DNA of 55,782 nucleotides from a virus. Position 1 is the stretch's first letter. Each line of letters begins with the position of its first letter. The stretch lies in IMG/VR virus record IMGVR_UViG_3300045988_088382; one strand, given 5' to 3'. Both the position numbers and the translations under genes were made by a program. The notes under the pieces were generated by a model, which did no database searches, was not told the DNA's origin, and saw only the letters and a program-made list of their open reading frames with translations. Positions 42,710 to 49,994 of this stretch are shown piece by piece.

Positions 42710-43096
42710 ATGACAATAGGCGAGCGAATCAGACAAGTACGCAAAGAGGCTGGCAGAAAAATAAGTCAAGCAGATTTTGCAGCTTCGCTCGGGCTGACAC
42801 GCCCACAGCTCATGACATATGAGACTGGACGAGTTGTTCCCCAGCGCAGCGTGCTGATGCTGATCAGCCAGCAATACAGCATCCGGATCGAGTGGCTGGA
42901 AACCGGCGAAGAGCCAATGCGACTTCCTCCGAGCGAGGATGACGAGATCGTTGACGAGGTTCTGGCGGGCTCAAACGAGTTTGTTAAAGCCGTCATACGC
43001 GGCATCGCCAAGACCCCCGGCGGCTGGGAGATGATGCGTGAGGTTTTTAACGCCATACAAGCCGAGCTGGACAAGCAAAAGAAGCCGAGCGATTAA
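42710..43096 (+). CDS. XRE-family HTH regulator 1 (candidate CI-like repressor)
   Basis: ATG at 42710 after AAAGGAGGTG; 128 aa; IGERIRQVRKEAGRKISQADFAASLGLTRPQLMTYETG. Confidence 0.8.
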   Translation: MTIGERIRQVRKEAGRKISQADFAASLGLTRPQLMTYETGRVVPQRSVLMLISQQYSIRIEWLETGEEPMRLPPSEDDEIVDEVLAGSNEFVKAVIRGIAKTPGGWEMMREVFNAIQAELDKQKKPSD

Positions 43097-43121
43097 TCGC
43101 CCGGCTTTCCTTTTGCATTTT

Positions 43122-43262
43122 TTAAGTATATTGCCTCTTTTCCGTCTGCGCCGAATATGCGCGTTCAAGGATTTTCCAGACGCGCTGAATAACAGCGTCG
43201 TCCTCCACTTTATCCAGCAGGCTCAAAATACAATGGATCATAACTTCACGCGGATATTTCAT
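43122..43262 (-). CDS. small hypothetical protein (46 aa)
   Basis: MKYPREVMIHCILSLLDKVEDDAVIQRVWKILERAY...; ATG 9 nt after GAGGAGG. Not in the ORF track. Confidence 0.45.
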   Translation of the reverse strand: MKYPREVMIHCILSLLDKVEDDAVIQRVWKILERAYSAQTEKRQYT

Positions 43263-43433
43263 GCAATACCGCCTCCTCTGCTACTATGATACCCACATCG
43301 CAGACAAGATATACAGAAAAATAACGTCGAATCAAGAAAATCGTTCGCTGTATTTCTCAGTTTTGCTCTTCACACTTCGCTGATTCGTCAACTAGTTTTG
43401 GGAAATAAAATTCGCATTTTGCTAATTTCCCCG

Positions 43434-43462
43434 TTGATTTCGCGACTAATCAATGGTATCAT
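43434..43462 (+). promoter_or_regulatory. promoter of XRE regulator 2
   Basis: TTGATT-17 nt-TATCAT with an extended -10 TG. Confidence 0.65.
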
Positions 43463-43488
43463 ATGGGTAGAGAAAAGAGGTGATCTTT

Positions 43489-43857
43489 ATGACATTCGGT
43501 GAACGGCTTATCGAACGAAGAGGCGAAAAAGGCTTTAATCAAAAGGAATTTGCGGCGGCTTTGGGGGTAACTCCGACTAGGCTAAACTATTGGGAAAAGA
43601 ATAAGAGAGAACCCGATGTTGAAATGCTAAAGAAGATAGCATCTATCCTTGAAGTAAGCACCGACGAGCTGATCGGCTTGCCAAGCCGGGACGCAGATCC
43701 CCAAACCAAAGAAGAACTGAAAGAAGAATTTGCGGAGATGGCCTTAAAGTTCCGCAAAGCTGGCGTAAGCAAAAAAAAGTTCATCCTGCAAATCATAGAA
43801 ATGCCGGATGAACTGTTCGATGAATTAGCCGCTTATTTTCAAGGCGGTCTCAAGTGA
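43489..43857 (+). CDS. XRE-family HTH regulator 2
   Basis: ATG at 43489; 122 aa; FGERLIERRGEKGFNQKEFAAALGVTPTRLNYWEKNK. Confidence 0.8.
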   Translation: MTFGERLIERRGEKGFNQKEFAAALGVTPTRLNYWEKNKREPDVEMLKKIASILEVSTDELIGLPSRDADPQTKEELKEEFAEMALKFRKAGVSKKKFILQIIEMPDELFDELAAYFQGGLK

Positions 43858-44050
43858 CATTGGCGTGCCTGTGGGTCTCTGCTTCGTAAAGAAGCATCGC
43901 CTGTGCAGCGCCAAGCAGGCAGTAAATGTTTTCTCCGTCGATTAGCATTTCGGCAATCGCGGAGATTTCCTTTCTTTCCCGATCGAATTCAACGGGAATG
44001 GTTTTCCGTTCCGGGTACATGGGTTTGTCTTTTAAGAAGTTCTCTTTCAT
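43850..44050 (-). CDS. hypothetical protein (66 aa), convergent with regulator 2 and divergent from regulator 3
   Basis: ATG at 44050 after TAAAGGAGAG. 8-nt tail-to-tail overlap with 43489..43857. Confidence 0.55.
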   Translation of the reverse strand: MKENFLKDKPMYPERKTIPVEFDRERKEISAIAEMLIDGENIYCLLGAAQAMLLYEAETHRHANVT

Positions 44051-44096
44051 AGCCAATCTCTCCTTTATCTTAGTATAGTATAGATACACGGCAGGC

Positions 44097-44105
44097 ATTT
44101 TAGCA
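44097..44105 (-). promoter_or_regulatory. extended -10 element TGcTAAAAT (leftward)
   Basis: The reverse complement of attttagca; 47 nt upstream of the ATG at 44050. Confidence 0.4.
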
Positions 44106-44115
44106 CCTACTTTTG

Positions 44116-44124
44116 TGTTAAAAT
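44116..44124 (+). promoter_or_regulatory. extended -10 element TGtTAAAAT (rightward, for regulator 3)
   Basis: Read directly; 31 nt upstream of the ATG at 44155. Confidence 0.45.
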
Positions 44125-44154
44125 GTGTTCAGAAATACAAAGGAGGTATTACAT

Positions 44155-44544
44155 ATGGCCGATATCGGAACGAACATCGCGAACGCAAGGAAAAAAGCAG
44201 GGATGACTCAAGAAGATTTGGCCTTAAAGGTTGGGTATAAAACAAGGTCATCTATCAATAAAATCGAAATGGGAAAACGCGACCTGCCGCAAAGGAAAAT
44301 CGCGGAGATCGCCTACGCTCTTGGCGTGTCCCCTGCGTCCCTTTTAGAAAGTCCCGATGCTGAACAGCAAGAAGCCCCCGCTTCGAGTAAAGCGGAGGCG
44401 CTTGATTCATTCGAGTCGGTCAAGGCCGCACTCATGCGGGTCATCGACGAGCGGACAGGCGGAAGGCCGCTGACCGTTCAGGAGCGAACGGTCATTGAGT
44501 CTGCGTTCAAGCTGCTGTCCACTATGTTCGACGATCCAGAGTGA
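44155..44544 (+). CDS. XRE-family HTH regulator 3
   Basis: ATG at 44155 after AAAGGAGGT; 129 aa; IGTNIANARKKAGMTQEDLALKVGYKTRSSINKIEMGK. Confidence 0.8.
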   Translation: MADIGTNIANARKKAGMTQEDLALKVGYKTRSSINKIEMGKRDLPQRKIAEIAYALGVSPASLLESPDAEQQEAPASSKAEALDSFESVKAALMRVIDERTGGRPLTVQERTVIESAFKLLSTMFDDPE

Positions 44545-44885
44545 TACTTTCACGCCGTGCCGGGTACGCCTGATAAGTTCATCCAGCCAAGTTTGATCCT
44601 CGTGCGTCATCCTAATCGCTCCTTTCAACGGGTTCTATGCGGCCATACGCCGCTTGAATCGAATCGGTGGATGCCTTTGACATCCGCGCCCGTAGAACGC
44701 GCTACAGGGCGAATATCAAAGCCATCGCTTCTTTGTCCAAGTATACCGCTAAACGAGCCGAATATGCGCGCTTCGACAAAGACATTCACAAACCCGTATG
44801 AAAATATAAAAATCGCCAAACACCCCGGATTGTTATGACATATAGCAATCGGCCTGACTCTAAAATCCTATCGTTTTGATTGGTT

Positions 44886-45123
44886 GGTGTAGGGTGTGTA
44901 GGGTTTACACTATAATACTCTAAGGTGCGCGTGGGGGCGCGGGTGTAGGGATTAATTATGTAAACCCTACACCACCCTACACCAGAGGCTAAAATCGCCG
45001 ATTTTCACCGCGTAAAAAGTTCGTGCAGACCCTACACCGCCTACACCCGTAAAAAGTTTGTGCAAATGCCTACACTCCCTACACCCGTAAAAAGTTTGTG
45101 CAAATGCCTACACTCCCTACACC
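44886..45123. repeat. array L2: 11 CCTACAC(C)-type boxes (3 inverted, 8 forward), a 24-bp inverted repeat and a 2 x 37-nt tandem repeat, abutting int
   Basis: The inverted repeat 44886..44909 / 44959..44983 flanks 49 nt. The tandem cgtaaaaagtttgtgcaaatgcctacactccctacac lies at 45048..45084 and 45085..45121. Paralogous to L1 at 21349..21804. Confidence 0.9.
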
Positions 45124-45175
45124 AGCGCGCTTCGTCACGTCGGTTTGGGGTGCGATTTTAAGGAGGATTGAGCGT

Positions 45176-46348
45176 ATGCCCGAGAGGAAAAAGATGTCTG
45201 AAAAGACCGATAAGCGGTATCGCGCGAAGGTCACTGTCCCCGGCATTGACAAGCCCGTTTACATCAGCGCGAAGACCCGCCGGGAGCTCGAGCAAAAGAA
45301 AAAGGACGTACTGGATGAATACGTCCACGGTGTTAAGGTGCAGGATAAGCCGTTTGTCGATATGATCATCGAGTGGTTCACCGTGGTTAAAAAGCCTAAG
45401 ATCAAGCGCAACTCGACGCTTAATAGCTGGCGCTCTACGATCAACTGCCACGTTCTGCCCTGCTTCTCTGACCGCAAGCTGACCAGCGCTGTCACGCGCC
45501 AAGATCTCCAAGCCTGCCTTGACAAGCTCGCGGGTTTCTCGGCGTCCATAATTACCGCAGCCTATTCCGCGCTAAAACAGACCTGTCAATACGCAATCGC
45601 CGAAGGTATTATCCTCCGCGATCCCTCTATTCTGCTGTCTAAACCCTCCACGCCTGCGGCCAAGTCGAGGGACTATCTGACGCAGGATCAGGAACGCGCG
45701 CTCCTGAAAGAAGCGGAATCCTCGGAATACGGCCTGCTGATCTATCTGCTCTACTACACCGGCTGTCGAAGAGGCGAAGCGCTCGGCTTGATGTGGAAGG
45801 ACGTCAACTGGGAGAAGAAGACAATCCGCATTTGTCGGGCGCTGGATGCGACGCTACCAAAGGATTCGCCTGATCGGCTTGCGCATCAGAAGAATAAGGC
45901 CGCTGACCGTGTTGTGCCCGTTCCTGACGCGCTCCTGGCCGTTCTGCGCGCCGAGCGCGGCCTACCTGACCATTATGTGCTGTCCAATGCCAGCGCGCCT
46001 GTAAGCGCCTCCAGCGCCATCACGCGCTGGAATGCGATGATGCTTGACTGCGGCTACGCCCGGAAGCGTGCTGATAACACGCCGAAGGACGGAATCAGAA
46101 CGCACGTGGATGTCGATATTACGCCGCACTGGCTGCGCCACCACTATATAACATCCTGCGTCATGGCAGGCTTGCGCCCGGAGGTTACGATGAATATTGT
46201 AGGTCATTCCGAGTATCAAACGACGCTGGGCATTTATACGCACCTCATGCATAATGACGGCTGGAATCCGACGCTCCTTAGCGACGCGATTAAAAACGAG
46301 GTTGCCGAAAGGTTGCCAGATTCCGCAAAGTTCAAGCTGATTTTCTAA
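45176..46348 (+). CDS. int: tyrosine integrase
   Basis: ATG at 45176 after AGGAGGA; 390 aa. C-terminal catalytic region with RRGEAL..., HWLRHHY and GHSEYQTTLGIYTH (R..HxxR..Y). The N-terminal KRYRAKVTVPG... resembles an arm-binding domain. Confidence 0.9.
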   Translation: MPERKKMSEKTDKRYRAKVTVPGIDKPVYISAKTRRELEQKKKDVLDEYVHGVKVQDKPFVDMIIEWFTVVKKPKIKRNSTLNSWRSTINCHVLPCFSDRKLTSAVTRQDLQACLDKLAGFSASIITAAYSALKQTCQYAIAEGIILRDPSILLSKPSTPAAKSRDYLTQDQERALLKEAESSEYGLLIYLLYYTGCRRGEALGLMWKDVNWEKKTIRICRALDATLPKDSPDRLAHQKNKAADRVVPVPDALLAVLRAERGLPDHYVLSNASAPVSASSAITRWNAMMLDCGYARKRADNTPKDGIRTHVDVDITPHWLRHHYITSCVMAGLRPEVTMNIVGHSEYQTTLGIYTHLMHNDGWNPTLLSDAIKNEVAERLPDSAKFKLIF

Positions 46349-46528
46349 TAATATCTAGAAAAATTGCGATGCGGATGTCTATCTAGAACAAATACGAACA
46401 GGGTTACACCCTGTTACAGCGTTGTGCAGTTTTTCCTTGTAATGCCTAGAAAAAAGTGTCATAGAGTGTAATCTTCTGAATCCTGTTTTAGTTGCCAAAA
46501 AGTTGCCGAAGGTTGCCAAAAGGTTGCC
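46301..46528. repeat. six GTTGCC boxes in two helically phased clusters (candidate Int/accessory sites, attP region)
   Basis: GTTGCC at 46301 and 46312 (inside the int 3' end), and at 46491, 46502, 46512 and 46523 (spacings 11, 10, 11). CTAGAA x3 and the small hairpin cagggt-tac-accctg lie between them. Confidence 0.6.
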
Positions 46529-46530
46529 GG

Positions 46531-46570
46531 GAAAAAGGGCATTGCGCGTATGCAATGCCCTTGAATTTTT
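46531..46570 (-). terminator. bidirectional intrinsic terminator between int and the accessory cassette
   Basis: gggcattgc-gcgtat-gcaatgccc flanked by gaaaaa (a T-run on the minus strand) and ttgaattttt. Confidence 0.75.
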
Positions 46571-46572
46571 AT

Positions 46573-47148
46573 TCAGTTGTGCTTCACAATGTACTCGTAG
46601 TACGCCTGAACTTTGTCCGGGTTCGCGTCCTTATCGTGGATAAATGCCTTAGCCATCTCCGCAAAGAAGCCCGGATCGGTTACGCCGTAACGCTTTGCCA
46701 CTTCGGAGTAATCCGAGTACATAGCGTTCATCATGGCGTAAAACTCGGCAAACTGCTTGCCCGTGGTCTGAATGCCGTATTTCTTGGCAAACGGCCTCAC
46801 GTCATCGGGCTTCCATTTACCACCCCTGCCTACTGCCGGGTCTTCGTTCACCATGCTGGCAACCCATTCCTCGGCAGTCTGCTCTGTAAAAGGCTGGTCG
46901 TCGTCTTCGTACCGTCTGCTCTTTCGATCCCGGTCAGCGTAGCCGCCGTAATACCCGCTATGCCGGCCGTAGTCTTCATAGCGACGACGGTCATAGTCCG
47001 TATAGGGGCGACGGTCATAATCGTCGTAATCGCGATAACGCCCGTAGTCTTCGCGGTCATCATTCCGATCACGGCGAGGGTACTTTTCGGGCATGTCGCT
47101 CTTCGGCTCTCTGCGCATCATAGCCATTTGGAGTGTTTTACTCTTCAT
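46573..47148 (-). CDS. Arg/Asp/Tyr-rich protein with conserved-looking C-terminal domain (191 aa)
   Basis: ATG at 47148, 6 nt after GAGGAGGTG. N-terminal YPRRDRNDDREDYGRYRDYDDYDRRPYTDYDRRRYEDYGR. C-terminal ...FYAMMNAMYSDYSEVAKRYGV...DKDANPDKVQAYYEYIVKHN. Confidence 0.7.
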   Translation of the reverse strand: MKSKTLQMAMMRREPKSDMPEKYPRRDRNDDREDYGRYRDYDDYDRRPYTDYDRRRYEDYGRHSGYYGGYADRDRKSRRYEDDDQPFTEQTAEEWVASMVNEDPAVGRGGKWKPDDVRPFAKKYGIQTTGKQFAEFYAMMNAMYSDYSEVAKRYGVTDPGFFAEMAKAFIHDKDANPDKVQAYYEYIVKHN

Positions 47149-47161
47149 CGCCTTCACCTCC

Positions 47162-47551
47162 TCACGCCTGCACGGGAGCGGTGCCGTTAATAGCGCTCAA
47201 GGCGTTATTCGGCGCACAGCACGGGTCGCCCATTAGTCGGAACGCTCCGCCTGTCGCGGTCGTAACAACTCTTGTGCTGTACCTCGTTCGGGTACGGATC
47301 ATGGCCGCCGTTACCTGTGCGCAGTTACGCTTCGTCAGCGGATAGGTAGCCGTGCCTGTCCCGATGGTAATGACGACGGGCGCGTTGATGATAGTCGCGT
47401 CGGGTATCGCTTGTGCGATGACAAGACAATACTTCTCGCCGTTCTCATAGCTGCCCGCCGGAATATTGACCGTCAGCACGCCGTTAGCATATGTCACGGC
47501 CTGGCTGATCACAAACCGAGGGCATACGCTGCAAATCGGTTTACATGCCAT
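47162..47551 (-). CDS. Cys-capped hypothetical protein (129 aa)
   Basis: RBS TAAGGAGGA. N-terminal MACKPICSVCPRF and C-terminal GDPCCAPNN flank a beta-rich core. Confidence 0.7.
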   Translation of the reverse strand: MACKPICSVCPRFVISQAVTYANGVLTVNIPAGSYENGEKYCLVIAQAIPDATIINAPVVITIGTGTATYPLTKRNCAQVTAAMIRTRTRYSTRVVTTATGGAFRLMGDPCCAPNNALSAINGTAPVQA

Positions 47552-47570
47552 AATAAGTCCTCCTTACTCA

Positions 47571-47600
47571 GGAAGGGTCTCAGCTTCCCGAGACCCTTCC
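47571..47600. other. perfect 11-bp stem-loop in the intergenic gap
   Basis: ggaagggtctc-agcttccc-gagacccttcc; no adjacent U-run on either strand. Confidence 0.7.
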
Positions 47601-47609
47601 GAAAATCAA

Positions 47610-48446
47610 TCAGGCACAACCGCAGCTGTTGCCCGTCGGCGTGCAAACGTTCGGGTTGGGAACGATGTAGGCCGGATACGGGCACGGGCTGAGTTTGTCG
47701 ATGATCGCCTGCGTCTGCGCCGCCTGAGAAGCGGTGATGTAGGCGTTCTGCGCCTGCTGAGAGGCCGCGAATTTCAGATCGCTGTTCTGCGCGGTCAGCG
47801 TGGCAATCTTATCCTGTAGCGCTTCTACGCGGTTCTGCGTCAGCGCATCGAGGATAGCGCGGGTGCCCGCCGACTGATTGTCCGTGATGTTCCGCGCGGC
47901 ATCGGCGATAGCGCGCTGGGTAGCGCAAGTATCGGTTGCCATCGTATACTTCACGTCAGCGATCATCTGCCGGTTCTCGCAGCAGCAATTCGCAAGCTGG
48001 TTAGCAAGCGCCGTCTGCCCGTTAGAGAGCTGCCAAGTGCTGTTCTGGACGGCGTTCTCCAACCCGTTAATCAACTGCGCATTCTGGTAGCCAAGCGTAC
48101 ACACAGCGTTGTTTACGCTGGCAAAACCAGCGGCCAAGTTGCTGTTTACACCGTTGACCTGATCCAACTGGTTATAGCCCAAGTTGCACAGGCCACTGTT
48201 AATGCCGTCCATTTTGCGTTCAAGCGTCGCAAAGTCGGTCGCAAGATTGAAACCTTCCACAGAAGCAGCGCCGCTTCCGCCGCCAAAGCCGCCCCGACCA
48301 AAGCCGTTACCGCCCCAGCCAAACAGCAGGGCAAACACAACGATGATCCAAATCCAAGAGTTGCCACCCCAGCCGTCCATACAGCCGTTGTTATTGTTAC
48401 CCTCATTCTGACCGGCAACGTACCCAGTCATAAAATCGTCACTCAT
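47610..48446 (-). CDS. membrane-anchored Asn/Gln/Ala-rich protein with Cys motifs (278 aa)
   Basis: RBS AGAAGGGAG. N-terminal Gly-rich/TM segment GWGGNSWIWIIVVFALLFGWGGNGFGRGGFGGGSG, a long N/Q/A-rich helical region, the CCCENR motif, and a C-terminal CPYPAYIVPNPNVCTPTGNSCGCA. Confidence 0.75.
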   Translation of the reverse strand: MSDDFMTGYVAGQNEGNNNNGCMDGWGGNSWIWIIVVFALLFGWGGNGFGRGGFGGGSGAASVEGFNLATDFATLERKMDGINSGLCNLGYNQLDQVNGVNSNLAAGFASVNNAVCTLGYQNAQLINGLENAVQNSTWQLSNGQTALANQLANCCCENRQMIADVKYTMATDTCATQRAIADAARNITDNQSAGTRAILDALTQNRVEALQDKIATLTAQNSDLKFAASQQAQNAYITASQAAQTQAIIDKLSPCPYPAYIVPNPNVCTPTGNSCGCA

Positions 48447-48498
48447 AGATTTTTCTCCCTTCTTTATTTGCTAAACGGGCCGTCCGCTCCCGTTCGCA

Positions 48499-48744
48499 TC
48501 ATCTAAGCCCCATTTGCCTAATGAGGTCTTCCGGGTTAATTCCGCGTTCCCGGCACATATTGCGCGCATACTTCTCAATTCCCTGCGGCCCTTGCCTCAT
48601 CATAATGTCAAGGCCAAGTCGCATTTGCGGGTTAGACTGCGCCATCTGGCTGACGATCTGCATCGGGTTTCCCCCGCCTTGCATTGCGCGAGCCATTTGC
48701 CCCAGAGGGGTTGTGCTCAGTAACAGGTTCAGTGGGTTCGTCAT
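48499..48744 (-). CDS. Met/Gln-rich small protein (81 aa)
   Basis: ATG at 48744; NPMQIVSQMAQSNPQMRLGLDIMMRQGPQGIEKYARNMCRERGINPEDLIRQMG. The first 113 nt overlap the upstream ORF. Confidence 0.55.
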   Translation of the reverse strand: MTNPLNLLLSTTPLGQMARAMQGGGNPMQIVSQMAQSNPQMRLGLDIMMRQGPQGIEKYARNMCRERGINPEDLIRQMGLR

Positions 48745-49135
48745 ATGCCTTCAACCTTTCATTCACGTCGTTCACAAATCGGTTAAACTGAGAGACCGTC
48801 ACATACTCTTGCTGCTCAGGCTTCGCGTTCTCAAGCCGATATACGGCTAAATCAGCTTTACCCGTGTTTAGGTTAAATTGGCGGCGATAGATCACGCCAT
48901 GCGCCATATCCCATCCGAAGATCGGCGTTCCGTTGAAATCGACTTGCATTCCGTACATCTCACTAACGTCGCTTACCGCTCGCATGGCATACGACGGTAC
49001 GGATTGCTGTACAGGGGCTTGCTGAACGGGTGCCGACTGAACCGGCATTTGAGCCTGTTGTATGCCGGGCTGCACAGGCGTTTGACCGTACCACTGTTGC
49101 GCCAAATACGGATTGTAATTCGGGTAGTTGGCCAC
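48632..49135 (-). CDS. Gln/Pro-rich protein (167 aa)
   Basis: GTG at 49135, 6 nt after GAAGGAGGTG. ANYPNYNPYLAQQWYGQTPVQPGIQQAQMPVQSAPVQQAPVQQ followed by a globular part. Confidence 0.6.
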   Translation of the reverse strand: MANYPNYNPYLAQQWYGQTPVQPGIQQAQMPVQSAPVQQAPVQQSVPSYAMRAVSDVSEMYGMQVDFNGTPIFGWDMAHGVIYRRQFNLNTGKADLAVYRLENAKPEQQEYVTVSQFNRFVNDVNERLKAYDEPTEPVTEHNPSGANGSRNARRGKPDADRQPDGAV

Positions 49136-49254
49136 GATGCACACCTCCTTCATACCCTCATTTTTGCATAAAAAAAGGACGCGCACCTATCAGATGCACG
49201 TCAGATTTATATCGGTTTTTTGTCAGTCCGTGAACGGAAAGTCTTTAAGGAATT

Positions 49255-49992
49255 TCATTGATTAGGGTCGTCTGATTTGCGCCTATGCGCTGGCGTGATG
49301 GGCAGAGACAGCAGCCCCCAGCCCTTATAGTGATACAAAGATCCCTTGCACGATGGGGCACCTCGCATGCTTGTCGCGATCTTTTTGAAACCGCTTGTTA
49401 TACGTTTTGCGGCGATATCTCGCTCCTCTTCCGGAGTTTGCGGCTCAAAGAGCCGATAATTGTTGCGTGCCCAGTCGAGCAGATTGGTGCATGGTACTTG
49501 ATTCCCGCTCGGATCGACCAGCACCCAGATCTTGCTTCCTCGGTTTTGCGGCCCTCGCTGACCCTCCGGGATCGCAAGCGCCGCTTGCACGCCGCGCGGT
49601 TGCAGCTCGTCCATCTGCGCCTTAACGGAAGCATCTTCCGCGCGTCGCCTTTTCGCATCCTCTCCCCACTTGCGTGGTTTGTCATGTGCCGACTTCGCCG
49701 CGCGGAGACGACGGCAAGCGTCCGAGCACGTCACGCGATTGTCTGACCGATACGAGTCAAACAGCCTCCCGCAGATCACGCATGCTTGTGTGATCTTGCC
49801 AACCGCCTTGCACCCGCATGATGTCGTCTTGCCAGAGATCAGGTTGCTCGCGTAGTACGACTTAACGCTGCCACATCGCAGGCACTCCGCATCGCATCGG
49901 GTCTTAGACGACTCTTCCGGCAAACGCCAGAGCCGTAGGACTTTGAGATCGCCGAACACGTCGCCGACCTCCATATTGAGCTTGCGCGGCAT
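49255..49992 (-). CDS. zinc-finger protein (245 aa)
   Basis: RBS GGGAGG. N-terminal VGDVFGDLKVLRL...CDAECLRCGSVKSYYASNLISGKTTSCGC motif, common in phage DNA-binding proteins; a second Cys cluster CVICG..CSDAC. Confidence 0.65.
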   Translation of the reverse strand: MPRKLNMEVGDVFGDLKVLRLWRLPEESSKTRCDAECLRCGSVKSYYASNLISGKTTSCGCKAVGKITQACVICGRLFDSYRSDNRVTCSDACRRLRAAKSAHDKPRKWGEDAKRRRAEDASVKAQMDELQPRGVQAALAIPEGQRGPQNRGSKIWVLVDPSGNQVPCTNLLDWARNNYRLFEPQTPEEERDIAAKRITSGFKKIATSMRGAPSCKGSLYHYKGWGLLSLPITPAHRRKSDDPNQ

Positions 49993-49994
49993 AG

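Noticed and set aside
44407-44628. 73-aa minus-strand ORF (internal MTHEDQTWLDEL... preceded by AAAGGAGCG)
   Set aside because: About 140 nt of it overlap the 3' end of XRE regulator 3 on the opposite strand, and the overlapping part has no recognisable features. It could be a real short gene but is not supportable from sequence alone. The same applies to 44625..44819.
45048-45121. CRISPR-like appearance of the direct repeats here and at 20154..20260
   Set aside because: The 37-mers are directly tandem with no spacers. The 20154 boxes have spacers of only 5-10 nt. No cas genes or leader are present. They are iteron-type repeats, not CRISPR.
46349-46490. tRNA fragment at the integrase-proximal region as an attP core
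   Set aside because: I found no T-arm or acceptor-like sequence (no GGTTCGAATCC-type motif) by eye here or elsewhere in the window. A proper tRNA scan and host comparison are needed.
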